NCBI GenBank assembly: GCA_963750165.1
Contig: CAVVPN010000003.1
Span: forward strand, 512,001-576,000
Length of the DNA stretch: 64,000 nt
Source: an uncultured Gemmataceae bacterium
Lineage (GTDB): Bacteria; Planctomycetota; Planctomycetia; Gemmatales; Gemmataceae
Direction of reading: 5' to 3'
In this document: in pieces, positions 29,040 to 39,254 of the stretch
How the letters are laid out: the number at the start of each line of letters is the position of its first letter
Position numbering within the stretch: position 1 is the first letter of the stretch
Position numbers and translations under genes: made by a program
Notes under the pieces: model-generated
The model's database searches: none
Seen by the model: only the letters and a program-made list of their open reading frames with translations
What the model was told of the DNA's origin: nothing

Positions 29040-29897
29040 ATGTCCGTTGCAACCGCGCCGCCGCCGACCGCAGTCCGAACCGCGCCGAGTGAAATCCGCG
29101 TCGTCAGCCACTCCAACCTGTTCTACTGGTGGCCGGTCTGGGCCGTCGGCTTCGTGCTGAGCTTCCTGACCATGATCGACGGGCACTTCCTGGTCATCGT
29201 CCCCGGGGGCGCCATGGCGTTGAAAGACGCCGCCGTGACCGCCGAGATGGACGGCAAGACGACCACGTTCAAGAAGAATGATGTCCTCGTCCTGCCCAAG
29301 GGTCACCTGCCCGGGGCAGACGGCGTCCTCGACCAACCGCACCTGCACGCCGCCAACAACCGAGGGTATGGCGTGCTGTTCGCCACCGTGCTGCTGCTGG
29401 TCATCTTCATCACCAACGTCCCGCTGCGCGGCCTGTGGTCGGTCATGGTCATTGGCCTGATCATCCTGCTGTCGATCATCTTCCAGCTGGCCGGCTTCTG
29501 GGAGCACATCCTGCGTGAGGCATCCCTGCTGGATGTCCGCATCAACGCCGCCGGCTACTTCCTGATCTCCAGCGTGCTGTTCGGCATGTGGCTGTTCACC
29601 ATGCTGCTGTTCGACCGTCAGATCCACATGACCTTCACGTCGGGCCAGCTGAAGGTCCGGACGGAGATCGGCGGCGGCGAGAAGGTCTACGACGCGGTCG
29701 GCATGACGCTGGAGAAGCAACGCAGCGACCTGTTCCGGCACTGGCTGATCGGCCTGGGCTCAGGCGACCTGATCGTGCGGACCTCGGGCGCCCAGGCTCA
29801 CCAGTTCGAGATGCCGAACGTGCTGTTCATCGGCCGCAAGGTGCGGGCGATCGAGGACCTGCTCCGGGAGAAATCGATCGTCGCGGCGCCCCATTAA
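29040..29897 (+). CDS. Hypothetical multi-pass membrane protein
   Basis: Several TM helices; the C-terminal GLGSGDLIVRTSG resembles a bacterial PH-like domain. Confidence 0.7.
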   Translation: MSVATAPPPTAVRTAPSEIRVVSHSNLFYWWPVWAVGFVLSFLTMIDGHFLVIVPGGAMALKDAAVTAEMDGKTTTFKKNDVLVLPKGHLPGADGVLDQPHLHAANNRGYGVLFATVLLLVIFITNVPLRGLWSVMVIGLIILLSIIFQLAGFWEHILREASLLDVRINAAGYFLISSVLFGMWLFTMLLFDRQIHMTFTSGQLKVRTEIGGGEKVYDAVGMTLEKQRSDLFRHWLIGLGSGDLIVRTSGAQAHQFEMPNVLFIGRKVRAIEDLLREKSIVAAPH

Positions 29898-30010
29898 CAG
29901 AGCGAAGGGAACCGGCGAAATACGGTCGGGGAAAGGGCCATTCAGCTACAACGTGCTTCAGGCATCAGGGTGATCGAGTGCCAGCCCCGCATGTGAGGGG
30001 GGAGGGAACC

Positions 30011-30454
30011 ATGCTGAGGAAAAGTCGTCCGGGCATTCTGGTAGTGGACGACCTGGTGGACGCGGCCGACAGCTATGCGATTCTGCTCGAACTGTGGGGG
30101 TATGACACCAGGGTATGCTACGACGGGGCCACGGCCCTGGAGACCGCCCGCGCTTTCCGGCCCCAGGCCGTGCTGCTGGACGTCGCCATGCCCGGCATGG
30201 ACGGCCTCCAGGTGGCCCGGCGCCTCCGAGGGTGGCCCGAGTTTGCCACCACCGCGATCATCGGCATCAGCGGCTACTGCGGGGCGACCTACCGCAGCCA
30301 GGCCCTCCAGGCGGGGTTTGACCGCTACCTGGCCAAACCCGTGGACCCCGATGGCCTTCGGGACCTGTTAGGCCACTTCGCCCCGCAACAGGTGCTGTTC
30401 GACATGTTGGAACCCGAACAACAACCAGTGGCGATTTCCCAAGTGCGGTCGTGA
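30011..30454 (+). CDS. Single-domain response regulator
   Basis: ILVVDD, LLDVAMPGMDG, ISG, YLAKPV. Confidence 0.9.
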   Translation: MLRKSRPGILVVDDLVDAADSYAILLELWGYDTRVCYDGATALETARAFRPQAVLLDVAMPGMDGLQVARRLRGWPEFATTAIIGISGYCGATYRSQALQAGFDRYLAKPVDPDGLRDLLGHFAPQQVLFDMLEPEQQPVAISQVRS

Positions 30455-30469
30455 AAACGGAGGTTCCCC

Positions 30470-30694
30470 ATGTTAGTCTTGACGCGGAAAAGTCAGGAAG
30501 CGGTTGTGGTTGGCGGTGCCAACGGCTTCGAGCACCTGCTCAAGGTCACCGTGCTCGACATTAAAGGCGGCAAGGTGAGACTGGGCTTCGAGATCGATGC
30601 CGCCATCCCGATCCATCGCTGGGAGGTGTGGGAACGCATCCGCGGCGGCCACCGGCCGGATGGCCCAGAAGGAGAAGCCCCCATAGGCGAATGA
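30470..30694 (+). CDS. csrA: Carbon storage regulator CsrA
   Basis: MLVLTRK..VTVLDIKGGKVRLGFE...PIHRWEVWERI. Confidence 0.88.
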   Translation: MLVLTRKSQEAVVVGGANGFEHLLKVTVLDIKGGKVRLGFEIDAAIPIHRWEVWERIRGGHRPDGPEGEAPIGE

Positions 30695-30742
30695 GTGAAA
30701 ACACCTGGAGTTCGGTCTGAACTTGTACCAGAAAGTCTCATC

Positions 30743-31090
30743 ATGTCCGTCAATTGCGATGTGATCCTGCGCTGGAGTGCGACGCCGGGACAGCTCAGGG
30801 CCGTCGGCTCTGCCCTGTGGCTCTGGTGCAACCGTACCGCGGGGAACGCGGGCATCTACCAGTACCTCGACAGCCAGGCACTGGCCGACCTCATCGCCGG
30901 CCGGCTGCCGGGTGCAAACGAAACGCCACGACAGGACGATGGGCGCGGCGCCCATTTCCGGGTGCGGGACGAAGCGTCCCAGAATCGCCAGGAGTCCATC
31001 GACCGTCTGCGCCGGGAGCTGCCGGCCGAGGGGGTCGAGGACGTCGTGGTCGATGGCGTCAGTTGGAACCTGTCTACGAATAGAAATTGA
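30743..31090 (+). CDS. Hypothetical protein
   Basis: Co-oriented ORF filling the operon gap. Confidence 0.55.
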   Translation: MSVNCDVILRWSATPGQLRAVGSALWLWCNRTAGNAGIYQYLDSQALADLIAGRLPGANETPRQDDGRGAHFRVRDEASQNRQESIDRLRRELPAEGVEDVVVDGVSWNLSTNRN

Positions 31091-31151
31091 CGCCGGCCGC
31101 GACGTTCGCGGCCGCGTCCGCCCAATCTCAGACTCTCGAAAGGGGTCAGCC

Positions 31152-31319
31152 ATGGGCTTGCTGTTGTTGATCATTCTGGTCGTGTTACTCCTGGGCGGTT
31201 TGCCGTCCTGGAACTACAGCCGCAACTGGGGCTACGGCCCGAGCGGCGCCGTGGGGTTGCTGGTGGTGGTCGTGCTGGTGCTCGTCGTCATCGGGACCGT
31301 TCACCCGTTTAACTTCTGA
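31152..31319 (+). CDS. DUF3309 family small membrane protein
   Basis: LLLIILVVLLLGGLPSWNYSRNWGYGPSG. Confidence 0.88.
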   Translation: MGLLLLIILVVLLLGGLPSWNYSRNWGYGPSGAVGLLVVVVLVLVVIGTVHPFNF

Positions 31320-31386
31320 GCGGCGGAGTTGGCCCGGTGAGGAGACCGCCCTCGTTTCGGAGACCTCATCGCCCGAGGAATACATC

Positions 31387-31638
31387 ATGACTATTTGGGA
31401 TTGGATCGCCGGCAACTGGAAGGAACTCATTGGCAAAGCGCAGGAGAAGTGGGGCAAACTGACCCACGACGAACTGATGGTGACGGCCGGGAAGCGTGAG
31501 CAACTCGCCGGCCTCCTGCAGAAACATTACGGCTACCAACGGACCCACGCGGAACAGCAACTCGACGAGTTCGCGGCAACGCTGCGAGCCCACGCGGAGA
31601 AGGAAGTCGAACAATTCGCGCAGACGCTGACGCCGTGA
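31387..31638 (+). CDS. CsbD-family general stress protein
   Basis: WDWIAGNWKELIGKAQEKWGKLTHDEL..GKREQLAGLLQKHYG. Confidence 0.88.
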   Translation: MTIWDWIAGNWKELIGKAQEKWGKLTHDELMVTAGKREQLAGLLQKHYGYQRTHAEQQLDEFAATLRAHAEKEVEQFAQTLTP

Positions 31639-31839
31639 GTTTGCTGAAGCGCTGGCGCAGCCGCATTGGAACAGAGCCGATGATGCCAGGCCCGGGCCTG
31701 GGGCCTCAAGAATGCGCTCGGAACCATTCCTGAGGCCCACTTTCCGCCCTCATTTCCGACCGTCTCGCCCGACACTTTGGGAACCGCTCGATCGCAAAAT
31801 GAACGTGAGCGGTCCCGGCTTAGCGAAAGGTGATTCCGC

Positions 31840-32622
31840 ATGAAGAGGTTAATCGTTGGTTCGTCGGTGTTGGCGCTGGCGCTGGTTGCCTTCACCGGCT
31901 GTGGTGATCGGGGCACTTCGGGCGGACCGGGGGCCACCGACTCAGGCACCAAGCAACCCCTGATCGGTCAGGTGGACGATACGTTCAATCTGAGCGTGCC
32001 TTCCAGCTTGCCCTTTGAGTCCACCACCGTCAAGCAGGGCGGGGCGGCGCAGGTCGTGGTCGGCATCAAGCGCGGCAAGAACTTCGACCAGGACGTCACA
32101 ATCAAGTTCGACGGCCTGCCCAGCGGAGTGACCCTCGATCCCGCCAGCGCCGACATCAAGCGAGGCGAAACGGAGGCGAAATTCACGCTCAAGGCAACGG
32201 ATGTCGCCGCCCTGGGGGACTTCACGGTCAAGGTGACGGGACACCCGGCCAAGGGGGGCGACGCCAAAAACGAATTCAAAGTCACCGTCGAAAAGAAAAG
32301 CACGTTCACCCTGAGCGTGCCTTACAGCCTGCCCTTGATGTCAACCAGCGTCAAGCAGGGCAAGACGACGAAGGTCGCGATCGGCATCAACCGTGACAAG
32401 CACTTCGACCAGGACGTCACCCTCAAGTTCGCCGGACTGCCCAAGGGAGTGACCCTCGACCCCGCCAGTTCCGTCATCAAACACGGGGACACGGGAACGA
32501 ACGTCACGCTGGTGGCCGCGGACAACGCCGTTCTGGGTGACTTCACCCTCAGCGTGACCGGACACCCGACGACGGGGCGCGACGCTACCAGTGACTTCAA
32601 AGTCACCGTCACCACACGGTAG
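31840..32622 (+). CDS. Lipoprotein with two tandem Ig-like beta-sandwich repeats
   Basis: Lipobox FTGC; duplicated TFxLSVP..VKQG..FDQDVT.KF.GLP.GVTLDPAS..LGDFT..VTGHP. Confidence 0.8.
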   Translation: MKRLIVGSSVLALALVAFTGCGDRGTSGGPGATDSGTKQPLIGQVDDTFNLSVPSSLPFESTTVKQGGAAQVVVGIKRGKNFDQDVTIKFDGLPSGVTLDPASADIKRGETEAKFTLKATDVAALGDFTVKVTGHPAKGGDAKNEFKVTVEKKSTFTLSVPYSLPLMSTSVKQGKTTKVAIGINRDKHFDQDVTLKFAGLPKGVTLDPASSVIKHGDTGTNVTLVAADNAVLGDFTLSVTGHPTTGRDATSDFKVTVTTR

Positions 32623-32791
32623 CTTGAAGAGGGGAACAGGACCGCGCCGACTTCCCTGAACGGTGGAAGAGCGGTCTTGTTCCCACCTCGGGTACTCGTG
32701 TATTTACTGTTTCCAGTGACTTACGGAGCCCTCACCGTCTACCGCCGAGTGGGCGAACGGTTTCTCGCTATTGCGGAATCGGAGCTGCAAC

Positions 32792-33385
32792 ATGGACACC
32801 CTTCAAATCGTCAGAGAAATCGCTCAAATCGTGTACTACGTCGCCCTGAGCATTGCCGGCCCGTTGGCTGTCATTGAGTACCTGAAAGCCAAGAAGACAG
32901 ACCGGCTGGCACGGGAGTACAAGACTTACGACGAACTGGACTCGAAGTTCTTTGAATACCAGAAGCTGGCGTTGCAGTATTACGACCTGGACATTCTCGA
33001 CGTTCCCAATAACGATCCCTCGCTGGCGTTCGACAAAAAACGCAAGCAGGAGCAGGTCGCGTTCTCCATCCTCTTTTCATTGTTTGAAAGGGGGTTCCTC
33101 ATGTTCAAATTCCATACGGAAGAATTCAAGACGAAACAGTGGTCCGGGTGGAAGCATTTTCTCGATGATTTTATCCGGCGCGAGAGCATTCGCTCCGCCT
33201 GGCAACTGAGCAGGACACGGTACGATGCCGATTTTCAGGCGTTCATGGATGGAAAAATCGCAGAGGTACTGGCGGCCCGTCCGGTTTCGGGTGCGGATCC
33301 TGGGAAGGCGAACGGCAGGGTGGTTGCCGAGTTCGTTGGGACTGTCGCCGAAACGTCGCCCGGGCATTCGCCCCCCAGCACGTGA
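32792..33385 (+). CDS. Hypothetical N-terminally anchored protein, lower GC
   Basis: GGAG RBS, one TM helix and a helical body. Confidence 0.65.
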   Translation: MDTLQIVREIAQIVYYVALSIAGPLAVIEYLKAKKTDRLAREYKTYDELDSKFFEYQKLALQYYDLDILDVPNNDPSLAFDKKRKQEQVAFSILFSLFERGFLMFKFHTEEFKTKQWSGWKHFLDDFIRRESIRSAWQLSRTRYDADFQAFMDGKIAEVLAARPVSGADPGKANGRVVAEFVGTVAETSPGHSPPST

Positions 33386-33488
33386 CGTGAGGCGAGTACC
33401 GTAAACCACGGTGCCGGCGGTCTTGCTCACCCGCCGAAATCGACTGGGGCCGTTGAGCGTGTAACCATTCGGGAGAAGGGAACTGCGC

Positions 33489-33698
33489 ATGCTAAGTAGT
33501 TACTCGGTGCTCTGCCCGCTCGAAGGCTGTGACTGGAGCGGCAGCTTGGTGCCGTCCCACCTCCGGGGCGGGGCCGACGCGGAGATCGTGTCCATGCACC
33601 GGGCCTGGTTTCGCTGCCCGCGCTGCCAGCGCGACTGGGAAGTGCGCATCACCAACGACAAGGTGACGATCCTGCCGGCGGTCGAGCGCGGTGGCTGA
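33489..33698 (+). CDS. Small zinc-finger-like hypothetical protein
   Basis: CPLEGC ... CPRC. Confidence 0.55.
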   Translation: MLSSYSVLCPLEGCDWSGSLVPSHLRGGADAEIVSMHRAWFRCPRCQRDWEVRITNDKVTILPAVERGG

Positions 33699-33768
33699 AG
33701 CGCAGCGTCTGCCCGGGGCGAAAGTAGTCTTGGACCGTTCCCTTGTTCAACCGATGGCACTTACGACC

Positions 33769-34230
33769 ATGAAAAAGCTCTCGCTGCTCGAACAACGTCG
33801 GCTCGCGGAATCACCCGAAGTCCCCTGCACGCCTTCCCGGGCATTCGGCATTCTGGTCGTCGATGACGAAATGTGCGTGCGCGACGTGCTGAACGACGGG
33901 ATGCGCGGCTATGGTTTTGCCGTGTGGTTGGCGGCCGATGGGGAGGAGGCCCTCGACGTGTACCGGCGCCACCACGAGACCATCGACGTGGTCCTGATGG
34001 ACGTGTGCATGTCGGGACAGGACGGCCCCCAGGCGCTGGCGGCGCTGCGAGCGTTCAACCCACAGGTTCGCTGCTGTTTCATGACCGGCGATCTCGGCAG
34101 TTACTCCGCGGAGCATCTGCACACCCTGAGCGCCGCCGCCGTCCTCCGGAAGCCGTTTCGCCTCGCCGAAGTCGCCCGGGCGCTTGGCGAACACGCGCGC
34201 CAGGCCCCCCAGTTACCGTCCAGCCCGTAA
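33769..34230 (+). CDS. Single-domain response regulator (start uncertain)
   Basis: ILVVDDE, VLMDVCMSGQDG, FMTG, LRKPF. Confidence 0.85.
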   Translation: MKKLSLLEQRRLAESPEVPCTPSRAFGILVVDDEMCVRDVLNDGMRGYGFAVWLAADGEEALDVYRRHHETIDVVLMDVCMSGQDGPQALAALRAFNPQVRCCFMTGDLGSYSAEHLHTLSAAAVLRKPFRLAEVARALGEHARQAPQLPSSP

Positions 34231-34278
34231 GCGTGCATTCGCCAACCAGGAGCAAGGAACCAACTCAGGAGGTGACGC

Positions 34279-35511
34279 GTGGCTGTCGTTCGGCCCCTTT
34301 TCATATCGACCTATCCGCCGGAAGAGTGCGGGCTGGCAACGTTCACCCGGGATTCGGCAGACGCGGTGGACCTGGCGGCGCGGGAGTCGGTGTCCTCGGT
34401 GGTGGCGATCCAGAAGACGCCCGGGCTCCGTCACGAAGACCCGCGCGTGGTTCATGTCATCGATAACCAGCGCCCGGGCGCTTACCACCTGGCCGCGGAG
34501 GTGGCCAACGACGGCCCGTGCGACGTGGTCAGTTTGCAGCATGAATTCGGCCTCTATCCCGGGGACTGGGGTAGTAACGTGCTGGACTTTGTGCGAACCT
34601 GTCGCAAGCCCATCGTCACCACCTTCCATACGCTGATCACGCGGCCGGACCCGCTGCCGCGGCGACTGATCCAGCACCTGGCAGACCACAGCCGGGGCGT
34701 GGTGGTCATGACGAACCTCGCGGCCAGGCTGCTGGCGAACGTCTACGGGGTGTCAGGGCGGCACGTGCGGGTGATCCCCCACGGCGTCCCGGTGGTCCCG
34801 CGGGAACGCGACGACGGGCCTAAAACCCGGCTGGGGCTGCGCGGCCGGCGCGTCCTCTGCACCTTCGGGCTCATCAACCGGGGCAAGGGGCTGGAGTACA
34901 TGATCGAGGCCATGCCCCGCATCGTGGCCGCGTTCCCGGACGCCCTGTACCTGATCGTGGGCGCCACCCACCCCCAGGTCAAGCGCCACGAAGGCGAGGT
35001 TTACCGCGAGAGCCTGGTCGCGAAGGCCGCGGCGCTGGGCGTGGGCGATCACGTGCGGTTCGTGAACCGCTACCTCAGCCTCGCCGAACTCCTGGAACAC
35101 CTGCAGTCCTGCGACGTGTACGTCACGCCGTACCCCGGCAAGGACCAGATCGCCAGCGGCACCCTGGCGTACGCCCTGGCCGCGGGGGGCGCGGTGGTGA
35201 GCACCCCGTACCTGTACGCCGAAGAGGTCCTGGCCGACGGCAGGGGCCAGCTGGTGCCGTTTGCCGACAGCGGGGCCATGGCCGGGGCCACGCTCCGTTA
35301 CCTGAGCGAGCCTGCGTTTCAGGCAGAGACCCGGCGCCGGGCGTACGAATATGCCCGGCCGATGTTCTGGCCGAATGTCGGCCGGCAGTACCTGGAACTC
35401 TTCGACCAGGTCGCGACGGCCAGCCGGAGGCGGGTGGAATCGCTTTGCCGCGCGTCTTTTCCGAGTCCCCGTGGCCAGCGCCACCCAATCGAACCGCTGC
35501 AAGGAGGCTAA
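34279..35511 (+). CDS. Glycosyltransferase family 4
   Basis: [42 protein letters not shown]. Confidence 0.9.
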   Translation: MAVVRPLFISTYPPEECGLATFTRDSADAVDLAARESVSSVVAIQKTPGLRHEDPRVVHVIDNQRPGAYHLAAEVANDGPCDVVSLQHEFGLYPGDWGSNVLDFVRTCRKPIVTTFHTLITRPDPLPRRLIQHLADHSRGVVVMTNLAARLLANVYGVSGRHVRVIPHGVPVVPRERDDGPKTRLGLRGRRVLCTFGLINRGKGLEYMIEAMPRIVAAFPDALYLIVGATHPQVKRHEGEVYRESLVAKAAALGVGDHVRFVNRYLSLAELLEHLQSCDVYVTPYPGKDQIASGTLAYALAAGGAVVSTPYLYAEEVLADGRGQLVPFADSGAMAGATLRYLSEPAFQAETRRRAYEYARPMFWPNVGRQYLELFDQVATASRRRVESLCRASFPSPRGQRHPIEPLQGG

Positions 35512-35513
35512 AA

Positions 35514-36590
35514 ATGCTGTTCGGTGCTGAACTCCCGATGGACCACCTGGACCGCCTGACCGACTCGACCGGGCTGATCCAGCACGCCATTTACACCGTC
35601 CCGCGGCGCGAGAGCGGCTACACGACGGATGACAACGCCCGGGCGCTGCGCCTCTGCACCCGCCTGTGGGGCCGGCGCCCGGACGAGCGCATGCTGGACC
35701 GAGTGACGGGCTACCTGAGCTTCCTGGAATTCGCCCGCTGCCCTGGCGGTGGGTTCCACAACTTCCTGAGCTACCAGCGTGACTGGCTGGATGTGGAAGG
35801 TTGCGGGGACTGCCAGGGGCAGGCGGTGCGTGCCCTGGCCGAGGTCCTGGGCAGCGGCCTGCCCGAAGACTACCGCGCCCTGGCCCGGGACCTGATCGAG
35901 GCCGTCCTGCCGGCGCTCGCCGACCTGCGCAGCATCCGCGCCCAGGCTTACATCATTCTGGCCTGGGGCCATCTGTGGACGGCCGGGGTGTCCGACATGG
36001 ACCCCCTGGAGGCAGTCGCCTGGTCCGCGGCGCGGCGGCTGGTGGAGAGCTACGACCGCGCCCGGCGGCCGGACTGGCCGTGGTTCGAGTCGCGGATGAC
36101 CTACGCGAACGCGGTGCTGCCCCACGCCCTGTTCGTCGCCGCCCGGCGCTGGCCCGGCGAGCCGTTCCGCGCGGCCGCGGAGGAAGCGTTCGCCTTCCTC
36201 GACCGGGAGACCACCGCCGAAAACTTCTTCTGCCCCGTCGGGAACGACGGCTGGTATCCCCACGGGGGAACGAAGGCGGTGTACGACCAGCAGCCGGTGG
36301 AGGCCGACACGATGGGCGAGGCCGCCCTGGCCGCGTTCAGCCTGCTTGGCGAGGCGAAGTACCTGGAGACGTTCCGACGCACGGTCGGCTGGTTCCGCGG
36401 CGAGAACAGCTTGGGGCTGCCCCTCAACGACGCCCGGCGCGGCGCCTGTTACGACGGCCTCCAGCCCACCGGCGTGAACCGGAACCAGGGGGCGGAATCG
36501 ACCCTCGCCTACCTGGCGGCGGCATTGCACGAACTTGAAGTCCGCCAGGCCCTGGCGGACGGTAGCCAGACCGCGGTTGCGAGCGCATGA
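35514..36590 (+). CDS. GT4-associated six-hairpin glycosidase-like protein
   Basis: HLDRLTDSTGLIQHA, GYTTDDNARAL, DQQPVEA, NRNQGAESTLAY. Confidence 0.8.
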   Translation: MLFGAELPMDHLDRLTDSTGLIQHAIYTVPRRESGYTTDDNARALRLCTRLWGRRPDERMLDRVTGYLSFLEFARCPGGGFHNFLSYQRDWLDVEGCGDCQGQAVRALAEVLGSGLPEDYRALARDLIEAVLPALADLRSIRAQAYIILAWGHLWTAGVSDMDPLEAVAWSAARRLVESYDRARRPDWPWFESRMTYANAVLPHALFVAARRWPGEPFRAAAEEAFAFLDRETTAENFFCPVGNDGWYPHGGTKAVYDQQPVEADTMGEAALAAFSLLGEAKYLETFRRTVGWFRGENSLGLPLNDARRGACYDGLQPTGVNRNQGAESTLAYLAAALHELEVRQALADGSQTAVASA

Positions 36591-36628
36591 CACCTTCCTC
36601 GCTGCGAGGATTACTCAAGGAACTTGTA

Positions 36629-37618
36629 ATGAATCGGGAACCGAAGCCGCCCGGCCTGTATGCCGAACTGTTCCACCGCCACCCCGCCAACCCGATCCTC
36701 ACCGCCCGGGACTGGCCGTACCCGGCCCACACGGTGTTCAACGCCGGCGCGTGCCAGGTGGGTGAGGAAACGGTGCTGCTCGTCCGCGTCGAGGATCGGC
36801 GCGGGCATTCCCACCTGACCGTGGCCCGGAGCAAGGACGGCGTGTCGAACTGGCACATCGACTCCAAACCCAGTTTCGCCCCCGACCCGAACACGTTTTC
36901 GGAGGAAGCCTGGGGCGTGGAAGACCCGCGCCTCACCTGGGTCGAGGAGCGCGAGGCGTGGGTCATCGCCTACACGGCCTTCTCGCCGAGCGGGCCGATG
37001 GTGTCGCTGGCCCAGACGAAAGACTTCCGGACCTTCACCCGGCTCGGCCCGGTCATGCCGCCGGAGGACAAGGACGCGGCCGTCTTCCCCCGCCGCTTCG
37101 GGAACCGCTACGCGATGATCCACCGGCCGGTGTCCGCGGGCAGCTCGGGCGCGCACATCTGGCTGTCCTTCTCGCCGGACCTGACGCACTGGGGCGACCA
37201 CCACATCCTGCTGCACGCCCGACGCGGCGCCTGGTGGGACGCCAACAAGATCGGCCTAAGCCCGCCGCCGCTGGAGACCCCGGAGGGCTGGCTGCTCCTC
37301 TACCACGGCGTCCGCCACACCGCCGGGGGCTGCCTGTACCGCCTGGGGCTCGCGCTGCTCGACCTGGAAGACCCGCGCCGGGTCCTGCGCCGCACCGACG
37401 AGTGGGTGTTCGCGCCGGAGCTGCCCTACGAGCGCCAGGGGGACGTCAACGGCGTGGTGTTCCCCTGCGGCTGGGTGCTCGACAAGGCCAGTGGTTTGAT
37501 CCGCATGTATTACGGCGGCGCGGACAGTTGCGTGGCCCTGGCCACTGCCCAACTTTCCGACCTGCTCGGCCACCTGCGCAAGTGCCCCGCACCCCTGGCG
37601 CGCAGCGCACGGGCATGA
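36629..37618 (+). CDS. GH130-family glycosidase/phosphorylase
   Basis: NPIL, VFNAGA, GVEDPRL, EDKDA, YHGV, VVFPCG, YYGGAD. Confidence 0.9.
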   Translation: MNREPKPPGLYAELFHRHPANPILTARDWPYPAHTVFNAGACQVGEETVLLVRVEDRRGHSHLTVARSKDGVSNWHIDSKPSFAPDPNTFSEEAWGVEDPRLTWVEEREAWVIAYTAFSPSGPMVSLAQTKDFRTFTRLGPVMPPEDKDAAVFPRRFGNRYAMIHRPVSAGSSGAHIWLSFSPDLTHWGDHHILLHARRGAWWDANKIGLSPPPLETPEGWLLLYHGVRHTAGGCLYRLGLALLDLEDPRRVLRRTDEWVFAPELPYERQGDVNGVVFPCGWVLDKASGLIRMYYGGADSCVALATAQLSDLLGHLRKCPAPLARSARA

Positions 37619-37690
37619 CACTGCCCGAGTGAGCAGCAACGCCGGGGTGGGGTCAGGGATGCGTCTCGGGTCTGGTTCCTTTGTGCGGTT

Positions 37691-37897
37691 TTGGGTTTCG
37701 CCGTTGGTCTGGGAGTGGCTTTCCTCGTCGTCGCCCTGATCGCTGCCCTGCTCGGCTTCGGCGGAGTCGCGGGCATGTCGTTCGCTGGGGCGGAGATATT
37801 CTTCGTCATCTTCCTCGTGCTCGTACTGTTGACTTTCGTCGGGGGCTTCGTGATGAGGAGCAGGGCGGGCGATGACGCGGGGTGGCGCCGATGGTAA
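37691..37897 (+). CDS. DUF1328-family small membrane protein (start uncertain)
   Basis: FLVVALIAALLGFGGVAG..IFFVIFLVL. Confidence 0.75.
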   Translation: MGFAVGLGVAFLVVALIAALLGFGGVAGMSFAGAEIFFVIFLVLVLLTFVGGFVMRSRAGDDAGWRRW

Positions 37898-38401
37898 AGG
37901 AGCTCACCCGGGCAGAGAAGGACATCCGGGCAATAGACGGAAGTGTGCGGGGAACGAACCCACCGCACATTTCACGCGCAGGGGTGTTGAGTCGATCCTG
38001 GCTGCGGGCGCAAACAAGACCCAAAAGCACTGCCGAGGAGAACCAAATCATGACGGAATTACGACAGACTGCAAAGGAGTGACAGGCCAACAAAGGAACG
38101 GAGCCCGCGTGATGAAGGTGCTGAGAACCCTCGCCTGCTGGTGCCTCGGCCACGCCCCGATCACGGAGCGCCGCGGCGACGACAGCGTGCTCGCTTGCGA
38201 GCGGTGCCACCGCCTGTTCGAGGTGTTCGTGCGAAACCTCTATGCGAAAAATCACCCGGCCAGGCCGCCCCTGGCACCGGAGGAGGCTGTACCGTGACGG
38301 AACGGCGAGATGATTGAGACCATCTACGCGCGGTTCACGCACGGATTGCGCACAAGTAACGGCGGGCACGGGCTGACCTCCAGCGGCCTGCGCTGCCACA
38401 G

Positions 38402-38431
38402 CAAGGGGGCCAAGGGGGCCAAGGGGGCCAA
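38402..38431. repeat. Tandem 9-bp repeat (CAAGGGGGC)x3
   Basis: Read directly from the sequence. Confidence 0.85.
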
Positions 38432-38616
38432 CTTTTTCACACGTCGAGATTCGGCGCCTGGCAGCGCCGGCCTGCCGTTCGTGGTCCACACAACTGCGAA
38501 CCGCGCTAGGTGGGGATGTTGACCGAGGAACTGGGTAAGGCCCGTGGGCCGGACGAGACCCCGGCAGTCGCGCCCCCTGCAACAACAGTGAGCCCCAACG
38601 CGAACAGGAGGCAACG

Positions 38617-38937
38617 ATGGAGAAGAGCATTGCGGCGTTGATCACGGCGGGCCTCGTGGCGGTTGCGGCCCTCGCCGCCCTGGCCATTTTGAGGTGGCGG
38701 CAGCGGCAGCGCGTCCGCCAGGTCGGGCTGTGGGTGAAGGACTACCTGGCGCACCGTAACGGCGGGCCGGCGGAGCAACTGGCCATTCACTGCTCCGACG
38801 ACCGCCTGTGGCCGGTGCTGGTGACCTTCCGGGCACCGGCCGACGGGGTCCGACACACCCTGCAGTTTTCTTGCCCCGGGCAGCAGTCCTCTCTGTCACT
38901 CCTCTCGGAGAAGGAGGAATGCGTGCCAGGGGCCTGA
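38617..38937 (+). CDS. Hypothetical membrane-anchored protein
   Basis: AGGAGG RBS and an N-terminal TM helix. Confidence 0.6.
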   Translation: MEKSIAALITAGLVAVAALAALAILRWRQRQRVRQVGLWVKDYLAHRNGGPAEQLAIHCSDDRLWPVLVTFRAPADGVRHTLQFSCPGQQSSLSLLSEKEECVPGA

Positions 38938-39254
38938 TGCCCTCGGCGGCCCAGTTCGTTCACCCCGTCCGCTACTCTTGCTGCGCGGAGTGCCGCTTCA
39001 TGGTCGCGATTCCAATCCTCAGGTGCTACTCGGTCCCGAGAGGGTGCGCGATTCAGACGATGGACAGGGCCCCGGAATACGTGGACCATGTCCGCGCGTT
39101 GTGCGACCCGCTCGGCTGGCCTGTCGTCGAGGAGTTCAGAAGAACGGGAGCGGCGCCGAACCCGTTCCTCATCTTCATTAACGGCCCCACTGCCGCAGAA
39201 TTCCTGAGTCGCTTCAGGGACGACTCACAACTTGATTTCTCGCGGTGCCAGTAG
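38937..39254 (+). CDS. Hypothetical protein
   Basis: TGATG coupling to the upstream gene, preceded by AGGGG. Confidence 0.35.
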   Translation: MPSAAQFVHPVRYSCCAECRFMVAIPILRCYSVPRGCAIQTMDRAPEYVDHVRALCDPLGWPVVEEFRRTGAAPNPFLIFINGPTAAEFLSRFRDDSQLDFSRCQ

